Positions 1 to 10,349 of a stretch of DNA of 64,000 nt are shown here, piece by piece (position 1 is the stretch's first letter; each line of letters starts with the position of its first letter). A program made the translations under genes and the position numbers. Location of the stretch: NCBI GenBank assembly GCA_963676795.2, contig CAXXTB010000002.1, positions 1,312,001 to 1,376,000 on the forward strand, read 5' to 3'. The notes beneath the pieces are model-generated. The model did no database searches and was not told the DNA's origin. It worked only from the letters and a program-made list of their open reading frames with translations. The stretch comes from Geopsychrobacteraceae bacterium. GTDB taxonomy: Bacteria; Desulfobacterota; Desulfuromonadia; Desulfuromonadales; Geopsychrobacteraceae.

Positions 1-194
1 TGCGTAATGAGAAGCTCGGCTTCAAAATTCGTGAAGCTCAGGTTGCCAAGACTCCGTACATGCTGGTTATCGGTGATAACGAGATGGCACAGGGGACTGT
101 GGCCCCGCGTTTCCGTGACGGAACGAATCTGAATGCGATGTCGGTAGACGAATTTGTCGCATTCATCAAGGCTGATACAGCCGCTTATAAATAA
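1..194 (+). CDS. thrS: Threonyl-tRNA synthetase, C-terminal end (partial)
   Basis: Frame from nt 3 reads [27 protein letters not shown]...AAYK-stop, the ThrRS anticodon-binding domain; directly upstream of infC. Confidence 0.95.
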   Translation, partial: RNEKLGFKIREAQVAKTPYMLVIGDNEMAQGTVAPRFRDGTNLNAMSVDEFVAFIKADTAAYK

Positions 195-261
195 TCCACC
201 TGTGGATATTGGGTCCTCAGGGTGGCTACAGTTACTGTTATTCTTCAAGAGGAGATGAGTC

Positions 262-771
262 ATAGCTAAGGAAGCGAACATCAATGATGCGATCACCGCT
301 CGTCAAGTCCGGGTTGTCGACGATGAGGGTGGTCAGTTGGGCGTTCTGGCAATCGATCAGGCACTGAGCCTTGCCGAAGAACATGGTCTCGATCTTGTCG
401 AAGTTTCTCCGAATTCCGAACCACCGGTCTGTCGGATCATGGACTACGGCAAATATAAGTATCAGCAGGCAAAACGTGCTTCCGAGGCGAAGAAGAAGCA
501 GGTTAAGGTCGAGATCAAGGAAGTAAAAATGCGCCCTAAAACCGAGGAGCACGACTTCCTGTTCAAGATGAAACACGCTCGCCGTTTTCTTGAAGAAGGT
601 AACAAGGTCAAGCTGACCATCATGTTCCGTGGCCGTGAAAATGCTCACCCTGAACAGGGAATGCAGCAGCTTGAGAAGGCCATCGAGGCCCTCAAGGATA
701 TCGGTCAGGTGGAAGCCCAGCCATCCAAAATGGGTCGTTTTATGACCATGATGGTTGGTCCCAAGAAGTGA
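262..771 (+). CDS. infC: Translation initiation factor IF-3, non-canonical ATA start
   Basis: [24 protein letters not shown] and IKEVKMRP motifs; reading frame extends upstream ([19 protein letters not shown]) to ATA at 262, 7 nt after SD AGAGGAG; in-frame TGA at 256-258. Confidence 0.93.
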   Translation: MAKEANINDAITARQVRVVDDEGGQLGVLAIDQALSLAEEHGLDLVEVSPNSEPPVCRIMDYGKYKYQQAKRASEAKKKQVKVEIKEVKMRPKTEEHDFLFKMKHARRFLEEGNKVKLTIMFRGRENAHPEQGMQQLEKAIEALKDIGQVEAQPSKMGRFMTMMVGPKK

Positions 772-817
772 ACCGGGTAACCGGAGACTGAATACAAAAG
801 ACATTAGGAGAATATCA

Positions 818-1015
818 ATGCCAAAGATCAAGACCAATCGCGGTGCGGCCAAGCGTTTTCGCAAGACCGGAACCGGGAAAATCCGTCGGAACAAGGCTTT
901 CACCAGCCACATTCTGACCAAGAAAACAACCAAGCGTAAACGTGACCTGCGTCAGGGCGCGATTGTCGCTAAAGTGGATGAGCGCAATATTCTGCAGTTG
1001 ATCCCTTACCTGTAA
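818..1015 (+). CDS. rpmI: 50S ribosomal protein L35
   Basis: [14 protein letters not shown]...HILTKK; SD AGGAG before ATG 818. Confidence 0.97.
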   Translation: MPKIKTNRGAAKRFRKTGTGKIRRNKAFTSHILTKKTTKRKRDLRQGAIVAKVDERNILQLIPYL

Positions 1016-1122
1016 GATTTGCCTGGTTGGCAAATGAGGTTGTGAACTGTGGGGACCTATCTCCCCCTGCAGATCCGACCACGGCATAAGCCGAAACAAC
1101 AACACACGAAGGAGCAAGAGAG

Positions 1123-1479
1123 ATGCCAAGAGTAAAAAGAGGCTTTAAAGCCAGACGTCGTCGTAATAAAGTATTGAAGTTAGCCAAAGGCTACCGTGGT
1201 GCGAGAAGCAAGTTATTCCGCTCAGCAACTGAAGCGGTTGATCGTGCACTCAACTACGCATATCGTGACCGTCGCGTCAAAAAACGTGATTTTCGCGCTC
1301 TGTGGATTGCCAGAATTAACGCCGCTGCGCGTGAAAATGGCGTGTCCTACAGCCGTCTGATCCATGGCCTGAAAAAAGCCGAAGTTGCACTGGATCGTAA
1401 GATTATGGCTGAACTGGCTGTTAATGATCCAGCTGGTTTTACCGCTGTCGTCGATACCGCTAAAGCGCAACTGCAATAG
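1123..1479 (+). CDS. rplT: 50S ribosomal protein L20
   Basis: MPRVKRG...[25 protein letters not shown]. Confidence 0.98.
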   Translation: MPRVKRGFKARRRRNKVLKLAKGYRGARSKLFRSATEAVDRALNYAYRDRRVKKRDFRALWIARINAAARENGVSYSRLIHGLKKAEVALDRKIMAELAVNDPAGFTAVVDTAKAQLQ

Positions 1480-1497
1480 TCTGTATTCAGTACCACG

Positions 1498-1544
1498 GGG
1501 GAGATGAGGTCACAGGCTTTGTCTCCCTTTCTTTATCCGGTTCA
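1498..1544 (+). terminator. Probable intrinsic terminator after rplT
   Basis: GGGAGATGAGG...CTTTGTCTCCC stem (with G-U pairs) followed by TTTCTTT. Confidence 0.6.
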
Positions 1545-1625
1545 CTCCTAATACAATCTTAATTCGTTTCTGATGACATGTAACCGCTCCGTATATGGAG
1601 CGGTGAGTTCATAGCGGAAAGATCA

Positions 1626-2642
1626 ATGAAAGAAAAAATTCAACAGCTGCAGAGGGATGCGCTGGCGACCCTGCAAAATGCTGCGTCCCTGAAGGAGCTT
1701 CAGGATGTTCGGGTTACCATCCTGGGCAAAAAGAGCACTCTGACAGAGATCATGAAGGGGATGCGTGACCTTTCCCCCGAGGAACGTCCACAGATCGGCA
1801 GTCTGGTCAATTCCTTCAAGGAAGAATTCGAGCGCAGTTTTGCTGAACGTCAACGGCTGCTGCAGCAGGAAGCGATAGCAGTGAAGCTCGCTTCGGAAAA
1901 AATCGACGTGACCCTGCCGGGCAGATGTTCAGCCCGGGGCAGTCTGCATCCAGTGACACTGGTTACCGAAGAGATTTCCGACATCTTCTCGCGCCTCGGC
2001 TTTTCAGTTGAGGAAGGTCCTGAGATTGAGCAGGACTTCTACAATTTTGAAGCATTGAATATTCCGAAGGATCATCCGGCCCGTGACATGCAGGATACCT
2101 TTTATATCAGTGATGATCTGGTGCTGAGAACCCATACCTCTCCGGTTCAGATCCGGACTATGCTCAAGTCTCCGCCGCCGGTCAGGATTATCGCTCCGGG
2201 CACCGTTTATCGGCGTGATTCCGACCTGACCCACAGCCCGATGTTTCATCAGATCGAAGGTTTCCTGGTTGATGAGAATGTCACTTTCGGTGATCTGAAA
2301 GGGATTCTGACCCACTTTCTCAATGAATTTTTTGGCGAGGGTTTAAGCGTTCGTTTCCGCCCGTCTTTCTTTCCCTTTACCGAACCGAGTGCCGAGGTTG
2401 ATATTGCCTGTGTGATCTGCGGTGGCAAGGGCTGCCGGGTTTGCAGTAATACCGGTTGGCTGGAAATCCTCGGCTGCGGCATGATCGATCCTGCTGTTTT
2501 CGCCTCGGTGAATTACGACAGTGAAAAGTATTCCGGTTTTGCCTTCGGCATGGGACTTGAGAGGATTGCCATGCTGAAATACGGGGTCAACGATCTGCGA
2601 CTGTTTTTCGAAAACGATCTGCGTTTTCTTAAGCAATTTTGA
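1626..2642 (+). CDS. pheS: Phenylalanyl-tRNA synthetase alpha subunit
   Basis: [46 protein letters not shown]. Confidence 0.98.
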   Translation: MKEKIQQLQRDALATLQNAASLKELQDVRVTILGKKSTLTEIMKGMRDLSPEERPQIGSLVNSFKEEFERSFAERQRLLQQEAIAVKLASEKIDVTLPGRCSARGSLHPVTLVTEEISDIFSRLGFSVEEGPEIEQDFYNFEALNIPKDHPARDMQDTFYISDDLVLRTHTSPVQIRTMLKSPPPVRIIAPGTVYRRDSDLTHSPMFHQIEGFLVDENVTFGDLKGILTHFLNEFFGEGLSVRFRPSFFPFTEPSAEVDIACVICGGKGCRVCSNTGWLEILGCGMIDPAVFASVNYDSEKYSGFAFGMGLERIAMLKYGVNDLRLFFENDLRFLKQF

Positions 2643-2663
2643 CGGGTATAGGGTCTTCAAATC

Positions 2664-5066
2664 ATGATTGTTACATATAACTGGCTGAAAGAATTTGTTG
2701 ATTTTGACTTTTCTGCGCAGGAGCTCTGCGACCGACTGACCATGGCCGGTCTTGAGGTCGATAGCATGGTTGAAATCGGTGGCGGGCTCGACAGCGTCAT
2801 TGTCGCCAAGCTGGAAGCCGTTGAGCGCCATCCTGACGCCGATCGCCTGACTGTCTGTCAGGTCAACAACGGTACGGATGTTGTTCAGGTCGTCTGTGGT
2901 GCGACAAATCACAAGGCTGGCGATCTGATTGCCCTGGCTCAGCCAGGTTCACTGTTGCCGGGCGACTTCAAGATCAAGAAGTCCAAGATCCGCGGTCAGG
3001 AATCTGCGGGAATGCTCTGCTCCGAAAAGGAGCTCGGACTTGCCGAGGAGTCGGAAGGGATCCTCATTCTCCCCGCTGATCTGCCGCTGGGGCGTCCTGT
3101 CTTTGAAGCGCTGGGGCTCAAGGATTATCAGATCGAAATCGGTCTGACACCAAATCGTCCGGATTGCCTGAGTGTAGTCGGCGTTGCGCGTGAGGTGGCC
3201 GCATTTGCCGGTAAGCCCGTGCAACTGCCGCAGGTTGCTGTTGCCGAATCTGGGGTCAAAATCGACGAGAAAACCTCGATTCTCATCGAGAATGAACGAG
3301 CCTGTCCGCGTTATGCTGCCCGCATGATCGATGCTGTCAGGATTGGCCCGTCTCCTGACTGGCTGGTTCGGCGTCTTGACGCTGTTGGCATGCGCTCTAT
3401 CAATAATGTTGTTGATGTCACCAACTACGTCATGATGGAACTGGGACATCCACTGCACGCCTTCGATTTCACCAACCTCGAACAGGGTCGAATTGTTGTT
3501 AAATCAGCTCAGCAGGGTGCAAAATTCACGACTCTGGACGATCAGGAACATGTTCTGACCGCAGATGACCTGATGATCTGTGATGGTGTCAAGCCTGTAG
3601 CGCTTGCCGGCGTCATGGGGGGGCTGAATTCCGAGGTTCAGGATACGACAGCGACGATTCTGCTTGAAGCTGCCTACTTTGAAGCGACCGGCATCCGGCG
3701 CACCAGCAAGCGTTTTGGCCTGCATACCGAAGCGTCTCACCGCTTTGAGCGCGGTGCAGATATCGATATGGTTCCGGTCGCACTCGATCGGGCTGCCAGC
3801 CTGATTGCAGAGTTGTCCGGTGGGGCCGTACTGCAGGGCGTTATCGATAACTATCCAGCAGCATTGAAGACACCGGTTCTGTCGCTTGGTGTGGCCAGGA
3901 CCTGTCAGTTGCTCGATATTCAGCTTGATGCTGAGGGGATTGCGGCCTTGCTGACCGGCATCGGCCTGGTTGTCGAGACGCTCGATGCCGAGCGTCTGCA
4001 GGTGACCGTTCCAAGCTTCAGGCCTGATCTCGAGCGAGAAATTGACCTGATTGAGGAAGTTGCACGGCTCTATGGGTACTCGCGCATTCCGGTGACCATG
4101 CCGGGCGGAGCCATTGACGCAAAGTTGCCCCCAAAGAAGCAGCGGGTACAGAAGGCACTGCGTCATCTGATGGCCTCTTCAGGTTTCTCTGAAGCGATGA
4201 ATTACTCTTTTATCGCCCGTGAAGCGCTTAGAAAAATCGGCCTGGCGGAGGGCGATCCACGCTTGTCACTGATCGGGATTCTGAATCCCCTGTCTGAGGA
4301 TCAGGCGGTTATGCGCACCTCGCATGTTCCCAGCCTGCTTGAAACCGTTGCGCGGAACCTGAATTATCGGAGTCTTGACCTGCGTCTTTTCGAGTTGCGT
4401 CCGGTCTTTACCTCCGCCGAAAATGGTGCAATCGTTGAAAAACTGACCCTTTCTGCTGTCATGACTGGTCGCCGTCAGCCTGAAGGCTGGTGCCAATCCT
4501 CTGAGGCTGTTGATTTTTACGATATCAAGGGGGTCGTCGAAACACTGCTGTCTGAACTGAAGATCGGTGGTGTTGCATTCAGTGCTGAGGCGACACAGCC
4601 TTATCTGCATCCGGGCAAATCCTGTCAACTGTTCAGTGGCGAAAAGTCACTCGGATTTTTCGGCGAGGTTCATCCGCAGGTTACCGCCAACTTCGAAATC
4701 GATCAGACCGTGTATCTGCTGGAGATCGATGTCGAAACGCTCGTTGGTCTTGCTGCAGATGAAACGAAATACAAGCAGTTGTCTAAATTTCCGGATATGA
4801 GTCGTGACAGTGCGTTGTTGCTCGATGCCACTATCGATGCTGCACAGGTTCTCGATATCGTTTCCAGTTCAAAGGCGAAACTGATTGAAAGTGTTACGAT
4901 TTTTGATGTCTATACGGGGCAGGGTATTCCCGCAGGAAAGAAGAGTCTGGCGCTGCGAATCCGCTATCGTGATCTCGACAAGACGCTGACCGAAGAAGAG
5001 GTGAGCAAGGCTCATAATAAAGTTATTAATTCGATCTGCCATCAATTGGCGGCAGAAATTCGCTGA
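2664..5066 (+). CDS. pheT: Phenylalanyl-tRNA synthetase beta subunit
   Basis: HPDADRL, TPNRPDCLS, FERG, DLIEEVARLYGY and C-terminal FDX-ACB domain; 800 aa. Confidence 0.98.
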   Translation: MIVTYNWLKEFVDFDFSAQELCDRLTMAGLEVDSMVEIGGGLDSVIVAKLEAVERHPDADRLTVCQVNNGTDVVQVVCGATNHKAGDLIALAQPGSLLPGDFKIKKSKIRGQESAGMLCSEKELGLAEESEGILILPADLPLGRPVFEALGLKDYQIEIGLTPNRPDCLSVVGVAREVAAFAGKPVQLPQVAVAESGVKIDEKTSILIENERACPRYAARMIDAVRIGPSPDWLVRRLDAVGMRSINNVVDVTNYVMMELGHPLHAFDFTNLEQGRIVVKSAQQGAKFTTLDDQEHVLTADDLMICDGVKPVALAGVMGGLNSEVQDTTATILLEAAYFEATGIRRTSKRFGLHTEASHRFERGADIDMVPVALDRAASLIAELSGGAVLQGVIDNYPAALKTPVLSLGVARTCQLLDIQLDAEGIAALLTGIGLVVETLDAERLQVTVPSFRPDLEREIDLIEEVARLYGYSRIPVTMPGGAIDAKLPPKKQRVQKALRHLMASSGFSEAMNYSFIAREALRKIGLAEGDPRLSLIGILNPLSEDQAVMRTSHVPSLLETVARNLNYRSLDLRLFELRPVFTSAENGAIVEKLTLSAVMTGRRQPEGWCQSSEAVDFYDIKGVVETLLSELKIGGVAFSAEATQPYLHPGKSCQLFSGEKSLGFFGEVHPQVTANFEIDQTVYLLEIDVETLVGLAADETKYKQLSKFPDMSRDSALLLDATIDAAQVLDIVSSSKAKLIESVTIFDVYTGQGIPAGKKSLALRIRYRDLDKTLTEEEVSKAHNKVINSICHQLAAEIR

Positions 5067-5161
5067 TGAAGCTTGCAGAGCCACTGGCGCTGTGATATAA
5101 GTCTTGAAAAATCAGATAGATACTAAATCTTTTTTGGCTCTCAGAAACTCGGGAGGGATAT

Positions 5162-5443
5162 ATGACCAAAGCTGACCTGATCGAAAATGTTTACCTGACT
5201 ACAGGTTTTTCTAAAAAAGAATCCGCTGCTATTGTCGAAATGGTATTTGATATCATGAAATCGACTCTGGAAAACGGCGAGAAGATAAAAATTGCTGGCT
5301 TTGGCAACTTCGTTGTCAAAGAAAAAGCCTCTCGTCGTGGGCGTAACCCTCAAACTGGCAGTGAAATTGAAATTACCGCCAGAAAAATCCTGACTTTTAA
5401 ACCAAGCCAGGTCCTGAAAGCTTCGATTAACGAAAATGAATAG
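5162..5443 (+). CDS. ihfA: Integration host factor alpha subunit
   Basis: MTKADL...KIAGFGNF...GRNPQTG; position after pheT. Confidence 0.93.
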   Translation: MTKADLIENVYLTTGFSKKESAAIVEMVFDIMKSTLENGEKIKIAGFGNFVVKEKASRRGRNPQTGSEIEITARKILTFKPSQVLKASINENE

Positions 5444-5460
5444 TTGATTGAGTTGTCGCG

Positions 5461-5811
5461 GTGGTTGAAATTCCGGAAAAACTCTATTTTAAAATTGGTG
5501 AGGTTGCAGCCCTGCTTGACGTCAAGACACACGTCCTGCGTTACTGGGAGACCGAATTCCGGCAGTTGCAACCGGTAAAAAGTCCTTCGAATCAGCGCTT
5601 ATATCGCCGTAAGGACGTAGAAATAGCCCTGTCGATCAGAGACCTTCTGTATCGACGGGGCTTTACTATCACTGGTGCCCGCAAGCAACTGACTCGGGAA
5701 CTGTCCGGAGAGTTGGTCGCAGATCTGCTCTCACCGGCAGAAATTCTTGAGCAGGTCAAATCAGAGCTGCTGGCGATGCGTCAGCGTCTTTTATCTTCTC
5801 CCGTTGAATGA
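5461..5811 (+). CDS. MerR-family HTH regulator (ihfA-associated)
   Basis: [10 protein letters not shown]...[10 protein letters not shown]...RLYRRKD...GFTITGAR. Confidence 0.9.
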   Translation: MVEIPEKLYFKIGEVAALLDVKTHVLRYWETEFRQLQPVKSPSNQRLYRRKDVEIALSIRDLLYRRGFTITGARKQLTRELSGELVADLLSPAEILEQVKSELLAMRQRLLSSPVE

Positions 5812-5818
5812 TTTATCG

Positions 5819-6574
5819 ATGCTGATCCTTGTCACCAACGACGATGGTATCCGTTCGCCCGGACTGCTCGCTCTGGCCGATTCGATGGGGACCCTCGGCG
5901 AGGTTGTTGTCGTTGCCCCGGATCGTAACCGAAGTGCTGTCGGTCATGCTCTGACCCTTGATCAACCATTGAGGGCTGATTTAGTCGAAGAAAATCACTA
6001 TGCCGTTGATGGAACCCCGACCGATTGTGTCAATTTGGGAATTCATGGATTATTGAAGCGCAAGCCGGACCTGGTGGTTTCCGGGATCAATCGTGGCAGT
6101 AATCTGGGGGACGACATAACCTATTCCGGGACTGTCAGTGCAGCTCTTGAGGCCAACCTGATGGGCTTGCCCGCCTTTGCCGTGTCGCTCGATGTCGCAA
6201 ATTTTAATCACCAGGATCTTGCCGTTGCCTGTGAGGCTTCAGTGATAATTGCCAGGAAGATACTCAGCGAAGGTCTCGAGCCTGGAGTTTTCCTCAATGT
6301 CAATGTTCCTTCCGGTGGCGCTGCCGGAATGAAGCTGACCAGGCAGGGACGCCGTCGCTACGGCGAAGCTATCGTCATGAACCAGGATCCTCGTGGCCGG
6401 GCATATTACTGGCTTGGGGGCGAAAATCTCGGCTATGAGGATATCCCCGATTCGGATTGTGCGGCCATCGAGCAGGGGCTGATTTCGGTGACGCCGCTGC
6501 ACGCGGATATGACCCATGAAAATTCTCTGAATAAACTCAATGCCTGGCTGGAGCAGGAAGGGTACAACCGATAA
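5819..6574 (+). CDS. surE: 5'/3'-nucleotidase SurE
   Basis: MLILVTNDDG, GTPTDCV, SGINRGSNLGDDITYSGTV; start set at ATG 5819. Confidence 0.96.
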   Translation: MLILVTNDDGIRSPGLLALADSMGTLGEVVVVAPDRNRSAVGHALTLDQPLRADLVEENHYAVDGTPTDCVNLGIHGLLKRKPDLVVSGINRGSNLGDDITYSGTVSAALEANLMGLPAFAVSLDVANFNHQDLAVACEASVIIARKILSEGLEPGVFLNVNVPSGGAAGMKLTRQGRRRYGEAIVMNQDPRGRAYYWLGGENLGYEDIPDSDCAAIEQGLISVTPLHADMTHENSLNKLNAWLEQEGYNR

Positions 6575-7227
6575 TGGATTTCTCGATAGCCCGTAGACGG
6601 ATGGTTGAAAGTCAGATAGTGGCCCGCGGAATCACCGACCAGCGTGTCCTCAAGGTCATGGCCAGCATTCCTCGCCACCTTTTTGTTGAACCCGGACTGC
6701 ATGGCCACGCCTATGCCGATTCGTCTCTGCCTATCGGTGAAAAGCAAACAATCTCTCAGCCTTATATTGTTGCGGCAATGAGTGCAGCCCTCGAATTGAA
6801 AGGGGATGAACGCCTCCTTGAGGTCGGGACCGGTTCCGGTTATCAGACGGCCATACTGGCCAGCCTGGCCAAGCGTGTCTATTCCGTGGAGCGTATTGCC
6901 TCGCTCGCAGCACGGGCGCGCAAGGTCCTTGATCAGTTGCAGATCAGTAACGTCAATATTAAGGTTGGTGATGGCACCATCGGCTGGCAGGATCAGGCGC
7001 CTTTTGACGGAATTCTGGTTGCGGCCGGTTCTCCCGATGTGCCGCTCAGGTATCTTGAGCAGCTGGTCGTCGGTGGCAAGCTGGTGATGCCGGTTGGCGG
7101 GATTGACGAACAGGTTCTGATCCGTGTGGTCAAGACCGCAGAGGATCAGTTCCGTAAGGATGTTCTGATGGGATGTCGTTTTGTTCCGCTGATCGGCGAA
7201 CAGGGCTGGCCGCAGAATTCCATCTGA
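6574..7227 (+). CDS. pcm: Protein-L-isoaspartate O-methyltransferase
   Basis: PRHLFV, QTISQP, LEVGTGSGYQTA, RFVPL. Confidence 0.96.
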   Translation: MDFSIARRRMVESQIVARGITDQRVLKVMASIPRHLFVEPGLHGHAYADSSLPIGEKQTISQPYIVAAMSAALELKGDERLLEVGTGSGYQTAILASLAKRVYSVERIASLAARARKVLDQLQISNVNIKVGDGTIGWQDQAPFDGILVAAGSPDVPLRYLEQLVVGGKLVMPVGGIDEQVLIRVVKTAEDQFRKDVLMGCRFVPLIGEQGWPQNSI

Positions 7228-7228
7228 T

Positions 7229-7822
7229 ATGAGAGTCTTCAGGCGCCTGTACGATTGGGTTTTGAGTTGGTCCGATAGCCGCTATGCGGTGCCAATCCTT
7301 GGCCTGCTGTCCTTTGCCGAAGCCAGTTTTTTTCCCATTCCGCCGGATGTGCTGTTGATGGCCCTGGCCCTGTCCCGTCCGCAACGCTCATTTCGTTATG
7401 CCTGTATCGCGTCGCTCGGTTCGGTGCTGGGGGGAATCCTCGGCTTTTGCCTTGGCTGGGCGCTCTGGGACATCATTTCTCCCTATTTTTTCAGCTATAT
7501 ACCGGGGGTCTCTGCGGCAGGATTTGAACAGGTCAGGGCGCTCTTCGCCCAGTACGGCTTCTGGGTTATTTTTGCCGCAGGCTTTACCCCGATCCCGTAC
7601 AAGATTTTTACCATCGCCGCCGGTGTTTTTCAGATTCATTTTCTGATTTTTCTTGTTGCTTCAATCATCGGCCGCAGCCTGCGCTTTTTTCTGGTTGCGG
7701 CAATTCTCTACCTGTTCGCCGACAGAGCCCGTGAATTTATCGATAAGTATTTTAATTTGCTATCCTTTCTACTTTTGATCATAATAGCTCTTGGTGTTGT
7801 ACTTTATCAGTATTACCACTAA
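7229..7822 (+). CDS. YqaA/DedA (SNARE-associated) membrane protein
   Basis: SFAEASFFPIPPD, GFTPIPYKIFTI, GRSLRFF; hydrophobic. Confidence 0.88.
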   Translation: MRVFRRLYDWVLSWSDSRYAVPILGLLSFAEASFFPIPPDVLLMALALSRPQRSFRYACIASLGSVLGGILGFCLGWALWDIISPYFFSYIPGVSAAGFEQVRALFAQYGFWVIFAAGFTPIPYKIFTIAAGVFQIHFLIFLVASIIGRSLRFFLVAAILYLFADRAREFIDKYFNLLSFLLLIIIALGVVLYQYYH

Positions 7823-7836
7823 CTGCGGTTTGAGGG

Positions 7837-8679
7837 ATGCCACAGCTGTCTGAACAGAAAATATCAAGATTCAATCTTCACGCTTTCGCCCTGCTGGTGT
7901 TGCTGTCGACATTGTTTGTCTTCATGCTCTGTTCGTGCTCTGCCGGTGTCTACCATACCGTTCAGCCCGGGCAGACCCTGTACCGCATCGGCAAGACCTA
8001 TAACGTCGATGAACATTACCTGGCCCGGATCAATGGGATTTCGGATCCGACGACCGTCAAGGCTGGAACCAGGCTCTATATTCCAGGAGCTGAAAAGTTA
8101 AAGCCGGTTGCAGTCTATAAAACGCAACCTGTGCCAGTTGCTTCCAAAACATCTTCAGCCAGCAAGGCAACTCCTTCTGTGCCTAAAAAGTCAACTCCTG
8201 CTAAAATATCAACTGAGCAGAAGACCTCGACTGCAAAAATTTCAGTCCCTAAGCAATTGCCGGTCAAGCAGCCCGCGCAACAGTCGGTAAAAACCGTGAC
8301 GGCAAAGAAGATTCTGCTCTGGCCGTTGCGTGGGAAGATCCTCAGCAGCTTCAGCAGTCAGGCTCAGGCAGGACGGGGGCGTGGCATCGAGATTGGTGTA
8401 AGGCTGGGAAGTGATGTTTCCGCTGCTGCTGCAGGTAAGGTCATTTACAGTGGGGATGGGGTCAACGGTTACGGTCATCTCATCATTCTCCAACATAAGG
8501 ATGATCTTTTTACAATTTATGGCTTTAACAAGCAGAATTTGGTGTCTATGGGTGATTTTGTCGGGCAGGGACAGAAGATAGCCCTTTCTGGAGTGCCTTC
8601 CAGTGGTGGCAGCCCACGTCTGCATTTTGAGGTCAGACAGGGAAAGACGCCTGTCGACCCTATTTTGTTCTTGCCTTAA
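7837..8679 (+). CDS. nlpD: LysM + M23 domain lipoprotein (NlpD-like)
   Basis: Hydrophobic N-terminus ending in Cys, LysM (HTVQPGQTLYRI), K/P/S/T-rich linker, degenerate M23 domain (GYGHLIIL, LHFEVR); directly upstream of rpoS. Confidence 0.82.
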   Translation: MPQLSEQKISRFNLHAFALLVLLSTLFVFMLCSCSAGVYHTVQPGQTLYRIGKTYNVDEHYLARINGISDPTTVKAGTRLYIPGAEKLKPVAVYKTQPVPVASKTSSASKATPSVPKKSTPAKISTEQKTSTAKISVPKQLPVKQPAQQSVKTVTAKKILLWPLRGKILSSFSSQAQAGRGRGIEIGVRLGSDVSAAAAGKVIYSGDGVNGYGHLIILQHKDDLFTIYGFNKQNLVSMGDFVGQGQKIALSGVPSSGGSPRLHFEVRQGKTPVDPILFLP

Positions 8680-8733
8680 GGGGAGTCGCACACATAAATT
8701 TAACATTTGGTTGATATCTGTTAAGGGGGAGTT

Positions 8734-9696
8734 ATGGCTGATTTTGATGAAGAATTCGAAGAGGAAAGTACTGAGGAAGATTTTGATGGCTTTTCTGAAA
8801 TCGATGCGGATGACGTCGAAGATGATTCGGCCGAAGAGGATAAAACCTACGAGGTCGATGAAGAACCCAGTACTGCTGATGCAATAAAGATCTATCTGAA
8901 AGATATTCAGAAGAGTAAGCTCCTGACGGCTGCCGAAGAGTGTGAGCTGGCGGAGAAAATCGCCGTCGGTGATGATCAGGCACGGGCCCGGATGATTGAA
9001 TCGAACCTGAGACTGGTCGTTAAAATTGCCAAGCGCTACATGAACAGGGGACTGCCGTTTCTCGATCTGATCGAGGAAGGCAATATGGGGCTGATCAAGG
9101 CCGTAGAAAAATTCAAGGTGAGCAAAGGCTGTCGGTTCTCGACCTATGCGACCTGGTGGATACGTCAGTCTATCGAGCGTTCGCTGGTCAATCAGAGTCG
9201 TACGATTCGTTTGCCGGTCCATGTCGCTGATGATATCAATAAGCTGCTGAAGGTCAGCCGCGAGCTTGTTCACCGTCTGAAACGCGATCCGGAGCCGGAC
9301 GAGATTGCTGAGGCCATGGGGGCGGATGCGAACCACGTCCGGCGGATGCTTGTTCTGGTGAAAAAGACCTATTCGATTGAGCATCCGCTCGGAGACAACG
9401 AGGACTACAGCCTGATCGACACCATCGAGGACAAGAATATGGTCGATCCGGGAACCATGATTGAGGATCTTGACCGCTATGCTCATGTCATGAGCTGGCT
9501 GGATGGATTGAACGAAAACGAGCGTGAGATCCTGGCTTTGCGCTTCGGTCTTGATGATCGTGAGCCTCAGACTCTCGATACCATCGGCCAGCAGTTCGGA
9601 GTTACACGTGAGCGGATCCGTCAGATCGAGGCAAAAAGTCTGGCAAAATTGCGTAAAACTGTTGAAGATCAACAGTCGAAAGAAGGCACACAATAA
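8734..9696 (+). CDS. rpoS: RNA polymerase sigma factor RpoS (sigma70 group 2)
   Basis: [44 protein letters not shown]; surE-pcm-nlpD-rpoS synteny. Confidence 0.9.
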   Translation: MADFDEEFEEESTEEDFDGFSEIDADDVEDDSAEEDKTYEVDEEPSTADAIKIYLKDIQKSKLLTAAEECELAEKIAVGDDQARARMIESNLRLVVKIAKRYMNRGLPFLDLIEEGNMGLIKAVEKFKVSKGCRFSTYATWWIRQSIERSLVNQSRTIRLPVHVADDINKLLKVSRELVHRLKRDPEPDEIAEAMGADANHVRRMLVLVKKTYSIEHPLGDNEDYSLIDTIEDKNMVDPGTMIEDLDRYAHVMSWLDGLNENEREILALRFGLDDREPQTLDTIGQQFGVTRERIRQIEAKSLAKLRKTVEDQQSKEGTQ

Positions 9697-9714
9697 TTTA
9701 GCGGAGTTTGATAA

Positions 9715-10230
9715 ATGGAAGATTTGAAGCAAGTCATTCGGGATATCCCCGATTTCCCCAAAAAAGGAATTATTTTCAAGGATATTACAACACTTCTTGC
9801 CGATGCAAAAAGCTTTCATCGGCTGGTTGATCTGATGGCTCACCGCTATATCGGCGAAAAAATTGACCAGGTTGTCGGCATTGAAGCGCGTGGTTTCATT
9901 CTCGGTGCTGCTCTCGCCTACAAGCTCGGCACCGGAATCACCCTGGTGCGCAAGTCCGGTAAGCTGCCTTATAAAACCAGAAGTATCAGTTATGACCTGG
10001 AATACGGGTCGGATACGCTGGAGATTCATGAGGATGCGTTTAAGCCGGGAGACCGTGTCATTGTTGCCGATGACCTGCTGGCAACTGGGGGAACTATGGC
10101 TGCAGTTGTCGATCTGATAAAAAATGCTGGCGCAGAGCTGCATGAATGTGCTTTTATGGCCGAACTTGAGTTCCTGAACGGCCGCAGCAAACTGCCTGAA
10201 GGTAAAGTTTACAGTCTTTTGAAGTTCTGA
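9715..10230 (+). CDS. apt: Adenine phosphoribosyltransferase
   Basis: [31 protein letters not shown]. Confidence 0.97.
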   Translation: MEDLKQVIRDIPDFPKKGIIFKDITTLLADAKSFHRLVDLMAHRYIGEKIDQVVGIEARGFILGAALAYKLGTGITLVRKSGKLPYKTRSISYDLEYGSDTLEIHEDAFKPGDRVIVADDLLATGGTMAAVVDLIKNAGAELHECAFMAELEFLNGRSKLPEGKVYSLLKF

Positions 10231-10256
10231 TGACAAACTAATCCACATCTAAATAC

Positions 10257-10333
10257 GACTCCGTAGCTCAGCTGGATAGAGCACTTCCCTCCTAAGGAAG
10301 GGGTCACTGGTTCGAATCCAGTCGGGGTCGCCA
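10257..10333 (+). tRNA. tRNA-Arg (anticodon CCT)
   Basis: Cloverleaf GACTCCG...CGGGGTC-G-CCA; anticodon arm CTTCC-CT-CCT-AA-GGAAG; T-arm GGTTCGAATCC. Confidence 0.96.
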
Positions 10334-10349
10334 TACTCAAGGAAATCAT

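Noticed and set aside
238..933. 231-aa minus-strand ORF
   Set aside because: Antisense shadow of infC and rpmI
1504..1604. Possible pheM-like attenuator before pheS (15-codon ORF and ACCGCTCC/GGAGCGGT hairpin)
   Set aside because: The ORF has only one Phe codon, the second hairpin has no U-tract, and no T-box was seen
8242..10248. 668-aa minus-strand ORF
   Set aside because: Antisense shadow of nlpD-rpoS-apt; no recognisable motifs, and the plus-strand genes are unambiguous
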